Shown here in pieces: positions 28,558 through 38,582 of a stretch of DNA of 64,000 bases (its first letter is position 1; the number at the start of each line of letters is the position of its first letter). A model generated the notes under the pieces. It ran no database searches. It saw only the letters and a list, made by a program, of their open reading frames with translations, and was not told where the DNA came from. The stretch comes from Smithellaceae bacterium. Its GTDB lineage: Bacteria; Desulfobacterota; Syntrophia; Syntrophales; Smithellaceae. The translations under genes and the position numbers were made by a program. The DNA is taken from NCBI GenBank assembly GCA_963667845.2, contig CAXXVL010000002.1:736001-800000 (forward strand). The letters are read 5' to 3'.

Positions 28558-29871
28558 TCATTGCTTTTTCACGAAGTGATAGTGGGAACCAAAACGTTCA
28601 AATGCCGCCCGGTCGAGCGTTTCGCGGTGGTCCGGATGAGCGATGCTGATGATCAGCCGGGCCCGCTCCTGCAGGGAGCGTCCGTAAAGGTTCACCGCAC
28701 CGTACTCCGTCACCAGCCAGTGCATATGGGCGCGCGTGGTCACCACGCCCGCACCGGGTAGCAGAATGGGGGCCAGTTTGCTGATACCCTTGTCCGTTAC
28801 CGACGGCATGGCGATAATGGCCTTGCCGCCAGACGAGCGCGACGCGCCGTAAAAGAAATCAATTTGTCCACCAACGCCGGAGTAAAACGTTGTTCCCAGA
28901 GAATCGGCGCAAATCTGTCCTGTCAAATCCACCTGCAGCGCAGAATTAATTGCTGTAACCATCGGATTTCTGGAAATGATAAATGGATCATTGGTATAAC
29001 CGACATCCTTCATCAGCACCTGATCGTTCCGATGCGTGTAATCGTATAATTTCTTTGAACCGAGCAGAAATGTCGCCACCATCTTTCCGCAATCAATCGA
29101 TTTATTCTCGCCGTTGATCACGCCCTTTTCCACAAGCGGAATCACCCCGTCGGCAAACATCTCCGTATGAATCCCCAGGTTTTTGTGGCCACTTAGTTGA
29201 CTGAGCACGGCGTTGGGAATCGCACCGATCCCCATCTGCAGCGTGGCGCCGTCTTCAATAAGCGCTGCACATTGTCTGCCGATAGCAGCCTCCTGGGCAT
29301 CGGGCTTCGCAAAGTGAACGGTTTCCAGGGGTGTGTCATCTTCGACAAACAAATCAATTTTATCAACGGAGATAAGCCCGTCACCAAATGTCCGCGGGAC
29401 ATGCGGGTTAATGACCGCGATCACGGTTTGGGCAACTTCCATGGCGGCAAGTGTCGCATCAACCGACGTTCCCAAGGATACAAGGCCCCGCTCATCCGGC
29501 GGGCAGACCTGGAGCATCACGACATTGCACGGCAGGTAACCTTCCCGGTACAGACGCTGGGTTTCTCCCAGGAAAACCGGAATATAGTCGGCATATCCCT
29601 GCTGGGTGTGCCGGCGGACATTCGGGCCGACAAAAAAAGAATTCAGTTGAAAAATGCCTTCAAATTCGGGGGCGGCGTAAGGCGCCGGACCTTCCGTATG
29701 CAGGTGATGAATATGAACGTCCTGCAATTCGCCCGCGCGTCCGCGCCGGCACATGGCATTCACCAGACACTGCGGGGAACTGGCGACGCTGCTCAGATGG
29801 ACATGATCACCGGATTTGATGACCTTTACCGCTTGATCCGGCGTCACCGTTTTGATTTGATTCATTCCCAT
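28558..29871 (-). CDS. Acetyl-CoA hydrolase/transferase family (4-hydroxybutyrate CoA-transferase-like)
   Basis: TLQMGIGAIP, GIHTEMF (catalytic Glu), SGVGGQIDF, VTEYG, IAHPDHR. Confidence 0.93.
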   Translation of the reverse strand: MGMNQIKTVTPDQAVKVIKSGDHVHLSSVASSPQCLVNAMCRRGRAGELQDVHIHHLHTEGPAPYAAPEFEGIFQLNSFFVGPNVRRHTQQGYADYIPVFLGETQRLYREGYLPCNVVMLQVCPPDERGLVSLGTSVDATLAAMEVAQTVIAVINPHVPRTFGDGLISVDKIDLFVEDDTPLETVHFAKPDAQEAAIGRQCAALIEDGATLQMGIGAIPNAVLSQLSGHKNLGIHTEMFADGVIPLVEKGVINGENKSIDCGKMVATFLLGSKKLYDYTHRNDQVLMKDVGYTNDPFIISRNPMVTAINSALQVDLTGQICADSLGTTFYSGVGGQIDFFYGASRSSGGKAIIAMPSVTDKGISKLAPILLPGAGVVTTRAHMHWLVTEYGAVNLYGRSLQERARLIISIAHPDHRETLDRAAFERFGSHYHFVKKQ

Positions 29872-30065
29872 GCCGATTATCCTTCATGCAGATTATTATA
29901 AATATCCATCGGTCGATCAACTATCGTGAGGGCCGCAATACAGAGAAATGATGAATCAGGAACTTTAATTTTTGACTGGAGATAGAAGGTGCTGCGGGCA
30001 CCGTCATCTAAGTTTAAAGGCCGAAACCCCCAACCGAGCCTAATTGCTTCAGAATCTGCAACCCG

Positions 30066-30869
30066 TCAGGCTTTTAAAAACTCCCGGATGTCGCAGGACA
30101 ACTGTTGGGCCTTTTCCAGAAGAATTGCATGGCCGCAATTTTCGTAAATAATCATTTTTGCCGCGGGCAGCTCTTGCCGGAAATCAGCGGCAAGCGCAAT
30201 CGGAAAAAGCGGATCGTCCTTGCCTAAAATGATCAGAATAGGCCGGGAAATGTCTTGAGCGCGGTTGTTGCTGTCAAACACAGTGCATGCGCCAAGCTGT
30301 CTCAGGAAGGCATAGAGCGGCTGCAAATTCTTCATCCGCAGGGCAACTGACTGATCCAGAATATCCGGATGTTTTCCCGCAAACCCTGGCGCCGTCATCA
30401 GCGTCATATCTATACGATATACCTGCTCGGGCGGCTTGCCCATGATGGCGGCCGTCGCCTGGTCCCAGAAAGGTTTGCCTAATTTCTGGCAGCGTGGCCC
30501 GCCCATGCCGGTCGCCACGAGAATCAGGCGATCGACGACATCCGGATAAGAAAGAGCAATTTCCTGCGAGATGAATCCCCCCATTGATAAACCCACGACG
30601 TGGGCCTTAGCAATGCCCAACGCTCTGAGCAGCCCGACGGCATCGGAGGCCATGAGCGCAATCGAATATTCTTCATCCGGCTTATCGCTCAGGCCGATGC
30701 CCCGGTTATCCAGCGCAATGACCCGAAAATCTTTGGAGAGCTCACGAATTTGCGCAAACCACAGATCCAGGGGAAACGCCAGTCCATTGATGAGGATGAG
30801 CGGTTCACCCTCGCCCTGTTCTTCGTAATGAATCTTGATCCCGTTCACTGTCTGATACGGCATAAGCAA
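30066..30869 (-). CDS. Alpha/beta hydrolase (3-oxoadipate enol-lactonase-like)
   Basis: DNRGIGLS, GLSMGG nucleophile elbow, Asp and CGH. Confidence 0.9.
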   Translation of the reverse strand: MLMPYQTVNGIKIHYEEQGEGEPLILINGLAFPLDLWFAQIRELSKDFRVIALDNRGIGLSDKPDEEYSIALMASDAVGLLRALGIAKAHVVGLSMGGFISQEIALSYPDVVDRLILVATGMGGPRCQKLGKPFWDQATAAIMGKPPEQVYRIDMTLMTAPGFAGKHPDILDQSVALRMKNLQPLYAFLRQLGACTVFDSNNRAQDISRPILIILGKDDPLFPIALAADFRQELPAAKMIIYENCGHAILLEKAQQLSCDIREFLKA

Positions 30870-30894
30870 TCTTTCTTTCCCTGGGAATTTTATA

Positions 30895-30922
30895 AAAAGG
30901 GAACGGCCGCGGCCGTTCCCTT
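30895..30922 (-). terminator. Terminator after the thiolase gene
   Basis: AAGGGAACGGCC..GGCCGTTCCCTT with a U-tract on the minus strand. Confidence 0.75.
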
Positions 30923-30947
30923 GTGACTGACAACAATGGAAGATTTA

Positions 30948-32237
30948 TTAGATTGCTTCCAGCGCCAACGCCATGCCCTGACCGCCGCCGATGCACAGGG
31001 AAGCCAATCCCAGGCCCACATTGCGGCGCTTCATTTCATTGGCCAACGCCATGACGATGCGCGCCCCGGAGCAGCCAACCGGATGGCCGATGGAAATAGC
31101 CGAGCCGTTGACATTGGTGATATCCCAGGGAATGTTCAATTCACGCAGACAGGCAATCGCCTGAGAGGCAAAGGCTTCATTGAGTTCAAACAGGCCATAA
31201 TCTTTGATGGATGTTCCGGTGATTCTGAGCAGTCTGCGGACTGCCGGAACCGGCCCCAATCCCATGTAAGCCGGATCCACGCCGCCGGAGGCATAGCCTT
31301 TGATCCGCGCCAGCGGCTTTAAACCCAGCTGCTTGGCTTTTTCTTCGCTCATGATGAGAAGGGCTGCTGCCGCATCGTTGATCCCGGAGGCGTTACCGGC
31401 TGTGACCGTGCCATCCTTCTTAAAGGCCGTACCCAGTTTGGCCAGTTTTTCCATACTCGTATCCATCGGACGCTCGTCTGTGTCGAACACGACGGGATTG
31501 CCTTTCTTCTGAGGAATGGTAACCGGAACGATTTCACTCTTCAGGATGCCGCTTTTAATGGCGCTGCGGGCTCTGGTATGACTCTCCAGGCTCAGCTTAT
31601 CCTGTTCTTCACGGGAAATACCGTATCGCGTGGCAATGTTTTCCGCCGTGACGCCCATATGGTAGCCGTAGAAGATTTCATACAGAGCGTCAAACACCAT
31701 CAGGTCGACGGTCTTGCCGAAAGGCATGTCCATCCTGTGTCCCCAGCGCGCTTTGGGTAATCCAATCGGAACGTCGCTCATATTTTCCATACCGCCTGCA
31801 ATAACGACCTCGTTGTCGCCTGCCTTGATGCTGGCAGCGGCAAGCGCGATCGCTTTCATGCCGGACGCACAAACTTTATTGATGGTAAAGGCTGTAGTCT
31901 CTTTGGGAAGACCGGCGCGGATCATAGCCTGGCGGCCGACATTTTGTCCCTGGCCTGCGCCAATGACGTTGCCCATAATGACTTCATCCACGGCGAGTTC
32001 ATTCAAATTATCCACCCACTTGGAATATTGTTGTTCGATGGGGGATAGGCCTTCATTTTTAGCTGTATCAGGCGCATCTTCTTTGGCGTACGCGGGTAAA
32101 GCCGGCCGGAAACCGGCTTTGATCAACGTTTCACGAATAACGAGCGCTCCCAAATCCTTTGCGGAAACGTCTTTCAGGGAGCCACCGAAAGCTCCGACAG
32201 CGGTCCGCGCATTGCTGACAATGACTGCATTTGACAT
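30948..32237 (-). CDS. Acetyl-CoA C-acyltransferase (thiolase) with an N-terminal insertion
   Basis: NKVCASG, NEAF, GHPVG, CIGGG; about 35 extra aa before VDEVIMG. Confidence 0.96.
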   Translation of the reverse strand: MSNAVIVSNARTAVGAFGGSLKDVSAKDLGALVIRETLIKAGFRPALPAYAKEDAPDTAKNEGLSPIEQQYSKWVDNLNELAVDEVIMGNVIGAGQGQNVGRQAMIRAGLPKETTAFTINKVCASGMKAIALAAASIKAGDNEVVIAGGMENMSDVPIGLPKARWGHRMDMPFGKTVDLMVFDALYEIFYGYHMGVTAENIATRYGISREEQDKLSLESHTRARSAIKSGILKSEIVPVTIPQKKGNPVVFDTDERPMDTSMEKLAKLGTAFKKDGTVTAGNASGINDAAAALLIMSEEKAKQLGLKPLARIKGYASGGVDPAYMGLGPVPAVRRLLRITGTSIKDYGLFELNEAFASQAIACLRELNIPWDITNVNGSAISIGHPVGCSGARIVMALANEMKRRNVGLGLASLCIGGGQGMALALEAI

Positions 32238-32585
32238 ATTGTTACTACCTCCTTGATCTCAATTCTATTGATATTACTTATGTCATTCACATGACATTTT
32301 CGAAATTTAAAAGTCCGAAAGATCGACTAATGTATTAAATTTGCGGAGAGTATTTCATAAACGGGACGTTAAGGCAAGAATGATTTGACCTTTGCACCGG
32401 TGTTAAAAACGTCTTCGCAAGAAAGGCTGTCTCACCATGGGCCATACGCATCAGCAAATCAAAATACCGGGGTTTGATCCGGCCACTGAAGCTTTTGGGC
32501 ATGGTCCCAAGGATCGGGGACAATATAATATCCTTGCAGAAGGTAATGAGGCCGCCGGGTTTGGCGCATATCTCCCGAACGCATA

Positions 32586-34508
32586 TTAGGATTGCTTTAC
32601 GGCCTCATTACCTTCGGCAGTTTCCTCAGAAAGATTGAACCGCAAGACCAACGTGTCGTCTTCAAACGTCCGGATCGTTCTGATTTTCGCTTTTTCAAAG
32701 ACTTTCAGCATGGCATCGTTGCGCGGCAGAACATACGCAATAAACGCTTTGACCCCCCGGTCGCGTGCGATTTTGATCAAATAATTAAATAGGAAGGAGG
32801 CAACGCCCTTGCCCTGAAATTCCTCATCGACGATAAAAGCGACTTCGTAAGCATCGGCACGTTCATCAAACGCGTAGCGGGCCTCGCCAATGATTCGTTC
32901 GTTGCGCCCTTTTTCCACGATGGCCACAATCGACAGGACTTCCTTATAGTCGATGCTGGCGTATTTTTGCATTTCCTTGTGGGGCATCACCGGTTTCGGG
33001 GCAAAATAGCGGAAGTATTTAGCCTCATCGGAGAAGTTGTAGAATAGACGACGCATCATGTCTTCGTCCGAAGGCTTGATCGGACGGATTTTAACTTCCA
33101 ACCCGTCTTTCAATGACTTGCGCGTCTCCAGGAGCGCCGGGTAGTTGGCTGCATGGCGGGCCACGTAAATCTGATCCGGGTAAAGATAATTAAGCGCCTT
33201 AGCCTGCTCCAGGAGGCGCTCCCGGTGGTCGGGGTGAGCAATGTCGATCATGGCCAGCGCGCGTTCGCGGATGGACTTGCCAAACAAATTGGCCACGCCG
33301 TATTCGGTGACGATGTATTTGACGACACCCAGTGTGCTGTGCGGATTTTCGACGTCGCAGTCATGCTTGATCACGATATTGCTGTTGCCCTGTTTATCGA
33401 CCGAATTGAGCGCCACAATCGCTTTGCCTTTCCGGGAAATGGTCGCCGCCACGGAGAAGTTCAGTTTGCCTTCATAACCGGAAAGAAGATTGTCGCCCGA
33501 GTGAAAGATCACCGACTCCCCGGAGATATCGATTTTTTTGACGTTCATGATACCGATGAGACTTTTAATTCGTCGCACAACAAAGGGATTGCTGAGCTGA
33601 GCGATTGGGAAAAACTCGAAAACGGGATTCCGGTCGACGTAATCATACAGCGCCCTGCTGCCGTAACAGTAACTCCCGGTGATGAGCCCCCCGGAGTAAC
33701 GGTTGCGATCCAGTGAAATGGCGCCGGATTCGACAAGCGTCATCGCCCAGTCGGAAATAACATGTGTTAATATCCCCAGCCTTTTTTTGTTCTTCAAATG
33801 ATCCGCCACCGCGTTAAAGATCCGGCCCGCGTGCAGAACAATCGTTGATCCGTCTTCAATCAGATTGGAGATGTTCCAGCCGATGCGATCCATAATTTCA
33901 TCGTAGGGTTTGTTTTCTCGTTCGATGAGCGGCAAATCGCTTTCCACAATGAAATCGACGCTGCTCACGTGAACCATCGTTTCACCGTGGGTGACCGGCA
34001 CATGCGGATTCACTTCGGCAATGACCAGCGCGGCCTGCTTGATCACAATGCTGGCGACATCCACGGCCACTCCGAGTGACATAAATCCCTTTTCATCCGG
34101 GACGGAAGTCTGAATGATCGCCACATCGACGCCGACCGCTCCGGAGAGAAAAATGTAGGGAAGCTCCATGAGGTTGGCGGGAATGAAATCAATTTTGCCT
34201 TCAGCAAACGCCTTGCTGATGCTTTCGCCGACATTAAAGGTCTTTAGACGATACTGCCGCGCATTGGCGAGCGACAAGTAATCACCCAGTGTAATGAGCT
34301 GGATGATTTCCAGATCCCGGATATTGCGGGCTTCGGATTGAGTGATAGCCGCAAGCGTTTTACCGGGCGCCGCCGGGCCGCTGGAGACGAATATTTTTTG
34401 TCCAGGTTTTATTTTCTCCAGTAATTGATCCGTGCTGATCACCCTGGCACGGCAATCCAGACGAGACGTCCTTGAATCCTTTTCCATATTACGACCTTGC
34501 TTTACCAT
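32586..34508 (-). CDS. Acetyl-CoA hydrolase/transferase-like domain fused to a C-terminal GNAT acetyltransferase
   Basis: VTEYG..LFGKSIRERA and IAHPDHR in the N-terminal part; IRPIKPSD, EVAFIV..FQGKGVA in the GNAT; start may be 34487. Confidence 0.9.
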   Translation of the reverse strand: MVKQGRNMEKDSRTSRLDCRARVISTDQLLEKIKPGQKIFVSSGPAAPGKTLAAITQSEARNIRDLEIIQLITLGDYLSLANARQYRLKTFNVGESISKAFAEGKIDFIPANLMELPYIFLSGAVGVDVAIIQTSVPDEKGFMSLGVAVDVASIVIKQAALVIAEVNPHVPVTHGETMVHVSSVDFIVESDLPLIERENKPYDEIMDRIGWNISNLIEDGSTIVLHAGRIFNAVADHLKNKKRLGILTHVISDWAMTLVESGAISLDRNRYSGGLITGSYCYGSRALYDYVDRNPVFEFFPIAQLSNPFVVRRIKSLIGIMNVKKIDISGESVIFHSGDNLLSGYEGKLNFSVAATISRKGKAIVALNSVDKQGNSNIVIKHDCDVENPHSTLGVVKYIVTEYGVANLFGKSIRERALAMIDIAHPDHRERLLEQAKALNYLYPDQIYVARHAANYPALLETRKSLKDGLEVKIRPIKPSDEDMMRRLFYNFSDEAKYFRYFAPKPVMPHKEMQKYASIDYKEVLSIVAIVEKGRNERIIGEARYAFDERADAYEVAFIVDEEFQGKGVASFLFNYLIKIARDRGVKAFIAYVLPRNDAMLKVFEKAKIRTIRTFEDDTLVLRFNLSEETAEGNEAVKQS

Positions 34509-34819
34509 TCTGAATTACTAATTTATGATTATGGTCATTAGCTGTTTCCGCAGGTTCTATTGTGATATTACACGGGACGGGAGATACTTGCAAACAATTA
34601 TCATTCAAAGTGATCAGACGAGGCTAAATTCAGCATCAAGGCCTCCGAGCGGCTCGGTCGTTTCGTGGGGACCGCGACGGGCGCCTTACTTCGAGATGTG
34701 TGACGCACGACACTAACTCGGCTAAACTTCATTGCAAAAAATGCCGAAATATATGAAAATACAGGCATCGAAACTGAAATCGACAGGATTCGTCATTTGA
34801 AAAGGGAGAACATTGCCCC

Positions 34820-37800
34820 ATGATTGAGAAGAGCAATCGACAGTATATCGAAGAAATCAAGTCGCTACGCCGGCAGATGGCATATTCCGAGCAGTTAAAA
34901 GATCAATATCAGGAAACGATTGCGAAGCTTACGGAGAATGAAAAACTTTACCGCGATCTGGCTGAAAATGATCCTGATTGGACCTTCTGGCTGAATGCCG
35001 ATGACCGCCTCATCTATGTCTCTTCCTCCTGCCGACGGCTTACCGGTTATGACCCGGAAGACTTTAAGAAAGACGCGAAGCTCCTGTTTAAAGTCATTCA
35101 CCCGGACGACCGGACGGCGTTTGATGAACATGTCCGTTTTATGCATAAGGCAAAATCTCATGTGGAAGAGGAATTCCGTATCGTTCGGAAAGACAGGAAA
35201 ACCCGTTGGATCAGTCACATCTGTCAGCCCGTTTATGACGCGGACGGACAATATGCAGGCATCCTTTGCAGTGATCGTGACATCACAGAGAGCAAGGATA
35301 CGGGTAATGTGTCCCAGGAAGGTGAAAAACTCTATCGCCTGGTGGCCGAAAATATGAGCGACGTGATCTGGATGATGGACGTATCTCTTCAGCCGACATA
35401 CATCAGCCCTTCCGTCGAGCGGCTACGCGGATTTTCGCCGGAGGAGGCGGTGGAGCAAAACCTTAGGGAGGCCTTGGCACCCGCATCCCTTCAACATTTC
35501 AACGAAATCTGGCTCGCGGAAATAGCACAGGAGCGATCAGGCAAAACCTTGCGCAATCGACCTTTGACGCTTCAGCTCGAATTTCAATGTAAAGACGGGT
35601 CGACGGTCTGGACCGAAACCGAGATTACCCCACTGCGGAATGAAGAAAAAAAGATGGTCGAAATTCTTGGTGTCAGCCGGAATATTACGAAAGCCAAACA
35701 AACCCTGGCAAACCTTAGTGCCTGTGAAGAAAAGCTGCGTAAAGGAGAAAATCAATTACAGGCACTTCTGAATGCCTCAACGGAAAGCTTTTTTGTGATC
35801 GATACCGACGGTAATATTCAGTTAGCCAATGAGGTAACAGCCCGCCGTCTGGGTACGGATCTGGAAACACTGCTGAAAAAGGGAAACATTAACGACTTTA
35901 TCTCTCCGGAGGTGGGGGTCAAACGCAGACTCCTTGTTCTGCAAGCTCAAAAGACAGGCAAACCCGTTCATTTTCAGGATGAACTCAACGACAAAGTGAT
36001 GTCCAACTCCGTTTACCCCATCCTGGAGGAAGAGGGCAAAGTAAACCAATTGGCCGTCTTCAGCATGGATATTACGGATCGCAAAGCTGCCGAGTCCGCT
36101 GATCAGGCGAGCCGGTTAAAGCAGGCCGAAGCCGAACGGTTGCTGCATTTGATCATTAATGCCCTGCCGGCAAGAATTTATTGGAAAGATAAACAGTCGA
36201 ATTATCTTGGCGCAAATCGACCATTCGCAAAGGATGCCGGGCGTGAGAAGCCCGAAGACCTCATCGGAGATGTTGATCAAAATCTGAGCTGGAGTGGACA
36301 GGCTGACGTTATTCGTGAAGACGACGTGTCTGTAATGAGCGGACGATCCAAAATCAATTGTGAAGAATTACAGACAATGCCCGATGGACGTGAACGCTGG
36401 TTAAATACGACCAAGATCCCTTTGACAGATACAGACGGCCGGGCGATCGGTGTTTTAGGACTTTACGAAGACATCACCGAGCAAAAAAGAGTTGAAGAGG
36501 AACTCGCGGTACGCGCCAACCGCATCCTCCAACTCGAAAACCAGATCCATCAACTCAAAAGGCAGATCCATCAAAGCGAAAGCCAGATGCAGCATAACGA
36601 AAATCAGATGCAGGCGCTCCTCGATGCAACAACCGAAAGCATTTTTCTGACGGATGCCGAAGGCAGGGTTCTCTGTGCCAATGAGACGACTGCCCGGCGA
36701 CTCAACACGGATCTCACCGCCCTGCTTTCCGGTCGCACAATGTATGATTTCGTCAGCCCGGCAATAAGAGAGACGCAACGAAAATTCGTTGCGGAGGCTC
36801 TAAAAACAGGTCAACCAGTGCGGTTTGAAGAAGAACGATCGGATGGAACCATCCTAAATTCTCTCTACCCTATCAGAAGAGAAGGCGGTCATGTCACGCA
36901 ATTGGCCTTTTTCGGCATCGACATTTCCGAACAAAAGACAGCCATGGAAGCGTTGGCCGAAAGTGAAAAGCGTTACCGAAGCCTGTTCGAAAACAACCGG
37001 ATGGCCATGCTGTTGATCGATCCCGAGAGCGGAGCAATCCTGGATGCGAATGCTGCCGCTTCCGCATTCTACGGTTGGAGTAGAGAAGAATTGGTGCGGA
37101 AGAAAATATCAAATATCGATACACTGCCTGCAAAAGAGATAAGCAGAAAGATGAGACTGGCGGTGGCGCGGGAAAGCAATCATGTTTTTTTCAAACATAA
37201 GCGGGCAGACGGTTCTCTAAGAGATGTGGAAGTCTTCAACAGCGTCCTGCAGTTCCGCGGCAAGTCCGTCATCTGCGCGATGATTTACGACATCACGGAT
37301 CGAATCCAGATGAAGGACGCCCTGCAGCAGTCGGAGAAACTCGACTCTCTGAGCATTCTGGCCGGCGGCATCGCTCATGATTTCAACAATCTGATGACGA
37401 TCGTCCAGGGGAATATCGACGTGGCTCTCTTTGGCCTGCCAGAAGAAGAAAACGCTCGTCAAAGCCTGCAGATGGCACAGGAAGCCGTGGAAAAAACGAG
37501 GGACATTACCAATCGGCTCATCACCTTTTCTCGTGGAGGAACGCCGGTCTTCAAGATTTGCCGGATAGAAAACTTGCTTCGCGAGTCAACAAAGATTGCT
37601 CTACAATCGTCGCAGGTCCAACTGGACATGGATATACCTGGTGAACTTTGGCCCGCTGAAGTGGATCCCCTTCAGATCAGGCAGTGCTTCAGCCACCTCA
37701 TAGATAATGCCAGAGAAGCAATGCCGGACGGCGGAACTCTGACCATTCACGCCGAAAACGCCGATATTACAGATGCAGACGCCCTGCCTCTTGCCGAGGG

Positions 37801-38455
37801 GCCATATCTTAAGATTACTTTTGAAGACAGCGGCTCGGGCATTCCCGCTGAACATATCGCCAGAATTTTTGATCCGTATTACTCTACTAAACCGATGGGC
37901 AAAGATAAAAGTATAGGCCTGGGCCTGGCAGTCTGTCATTCTGTTTTAAAGAAACACGGTGGATACATCACCGTAAATTCGGCAGAAGGCTGCGGAGCGA
38001 TGTTCAGTTTGTATCTTCCGGCTCAACCAGGAAGTATCGTAGACGAAGTGCCGCCGGTTGTCGAACAGGCACCTGCTTTGAAACGGATTCTGATTATGGA
38101 TGATAATGAAGACATCCGTAAGATTCTTCAGATCTATATGGAGAAGCTGGGATTCGCTGTTACCGGCGTGGCCAGCGGCCAGGAGGTCATCCGCCTTTAC
38201 CAGGAAGCGAGGGAAGCCGATGAAGCCTTCAACGCCGTCTTTATGGAAATTTCCGTTAAGCAAGGCTTGGGTGGTGATGCTGCCCTCGCCAAACTCAAAA
38301 ATATTGACCCGGATGTCAAAGCCGTTGCCATCTTGTCCGAATTTGGCGATTCTCAAATTCAGGACTTCTTGGATCATGGGTTTCATGATGTCCTGGGTAA
38401 ACCGTTCCGTCTCGAGGACATGAAGAAAATTCTGAAAAGCCTTTTGGAATCCTGA
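34820..38455 (+). CDS. Cytoplasmic hybrid sensor histidine kinase, six PAS domains + HisKA + HATPase + receiver
   Basis: Six PAS/PAC units ending DIT/NIT/DIS; AGGIAHDFNN H-box; DSGSGI and GLGL; C-terminal REC (MDDN...KPF). Confidence 0.95.
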   Translation: MIEKSNRQYIEEIKSLRRQMAYSEQLKDQYQETIAKLTENEKLYRDLAENDPDWTFWLNADDRLIYVSSSCRRLTGYDPEDFKKDAKLLFKVIHPDDRTAFDEHVRFMHKAKSHVEEEFRIVRKDRKTRWISHICQPVYDADGQYAGILCSDRDITESKDTGNVSQEGEKLYRLVAENMSDVIWMMDVSLQPTYISPSVERLRGFSPEEAVEQNLREALAPASLQHFNEIWLAEIAQERSGKTLRNRPLTLQLEFQCKDGSTVWTETEITPLRNEEKKMVEILGVSRNITKAKQTLANLSACEEKLRKGENQLQALLNASTESFFVIDTDGNIQLANEVTARRLGTDLETLLKKGNINDFISPEVGVKRRLLVLQAQKTGKPVHFQDELNDKVMSNSVYPILEEEGKVNQLAVFSMDITDRKAAESADQASRLKQAEAERLLHLIINALPARIYWKDKQSNYLGANRPFAKDAGREKPEDLIGDVDQNLSWSGQADVIREDDVSVMSGRSKINCEELQTMPDGRERWLNTTKIPLTDTDGRAIGVLGLYEDITEQKRVEEELAVRANRILQLENQIHQLKRQIHQSESQMQHNENQMQALLDATTESIFLTDAEGRVLCANETTARRLNTDLTALLSGRTMYDFVSPAIRETQRKFVAEALKTGQPVRFEEERSDGTILNSLYPIRREGGHVTQLAFFGIDISEQKTAMEALAESEKRYRSLFENNRMAMLLIDPESGAILDANAAASAFYGWSREELVRKKISNIDTLPAKEISRKMRLAVARESNHVFFKHKRADGSLRDVEVFNSVLQFRGKSVICAMIYDITDRIQMKDALQQSEKLDSLSILAGGIAHDFNNLMTIVQGNIDVALFGLPEEENARQSLQMAQEAVEKTRDITNRLITFSRGGTPVFKICRIENLLRESTKIALQSSQVQLDMDIPGELWPAEVDPLQIRQCFSHLIDNAREAMPDGGTLTIHAENADITDADALPLAEGPYLKITFEDSGSGIPAEHIARIFDPYYSTKPMGKDKSIGLGLAVCHSVLKKHGGYITVNSAEGCGAMFSLYLPAQPGSIVDEVPPVVEQAPALKRILIMDDNEDIRKILQIYMEKLGFAVTGVASGQEVIRLYQEAREADEAFNAVFMEISVKQGLGGDAALAKLKNIDPDVKAVAILSEFGDSQIQDFLDHGFHDVLGKPFRLEDMKKILKSLLES

Positions 38456-38582
38456 CAGGCATCCGCAGGAATAACCCGGACAGACTTCCGCTTGACAAGG
38501 TTCCACCATCATCAGTATAAAGCCGGTTCGAAGTGAAGGTGTTTTACGCCAGAGCAGGTCCAACACCGAAAGGGAAAGTATT

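Noticed and set aside
34620..34730. GC-rich patch in the divergent spacer as an ncRNA
   Set aside because: No SRP, 6S or riboswitch signature that I can recognise; no long stem.
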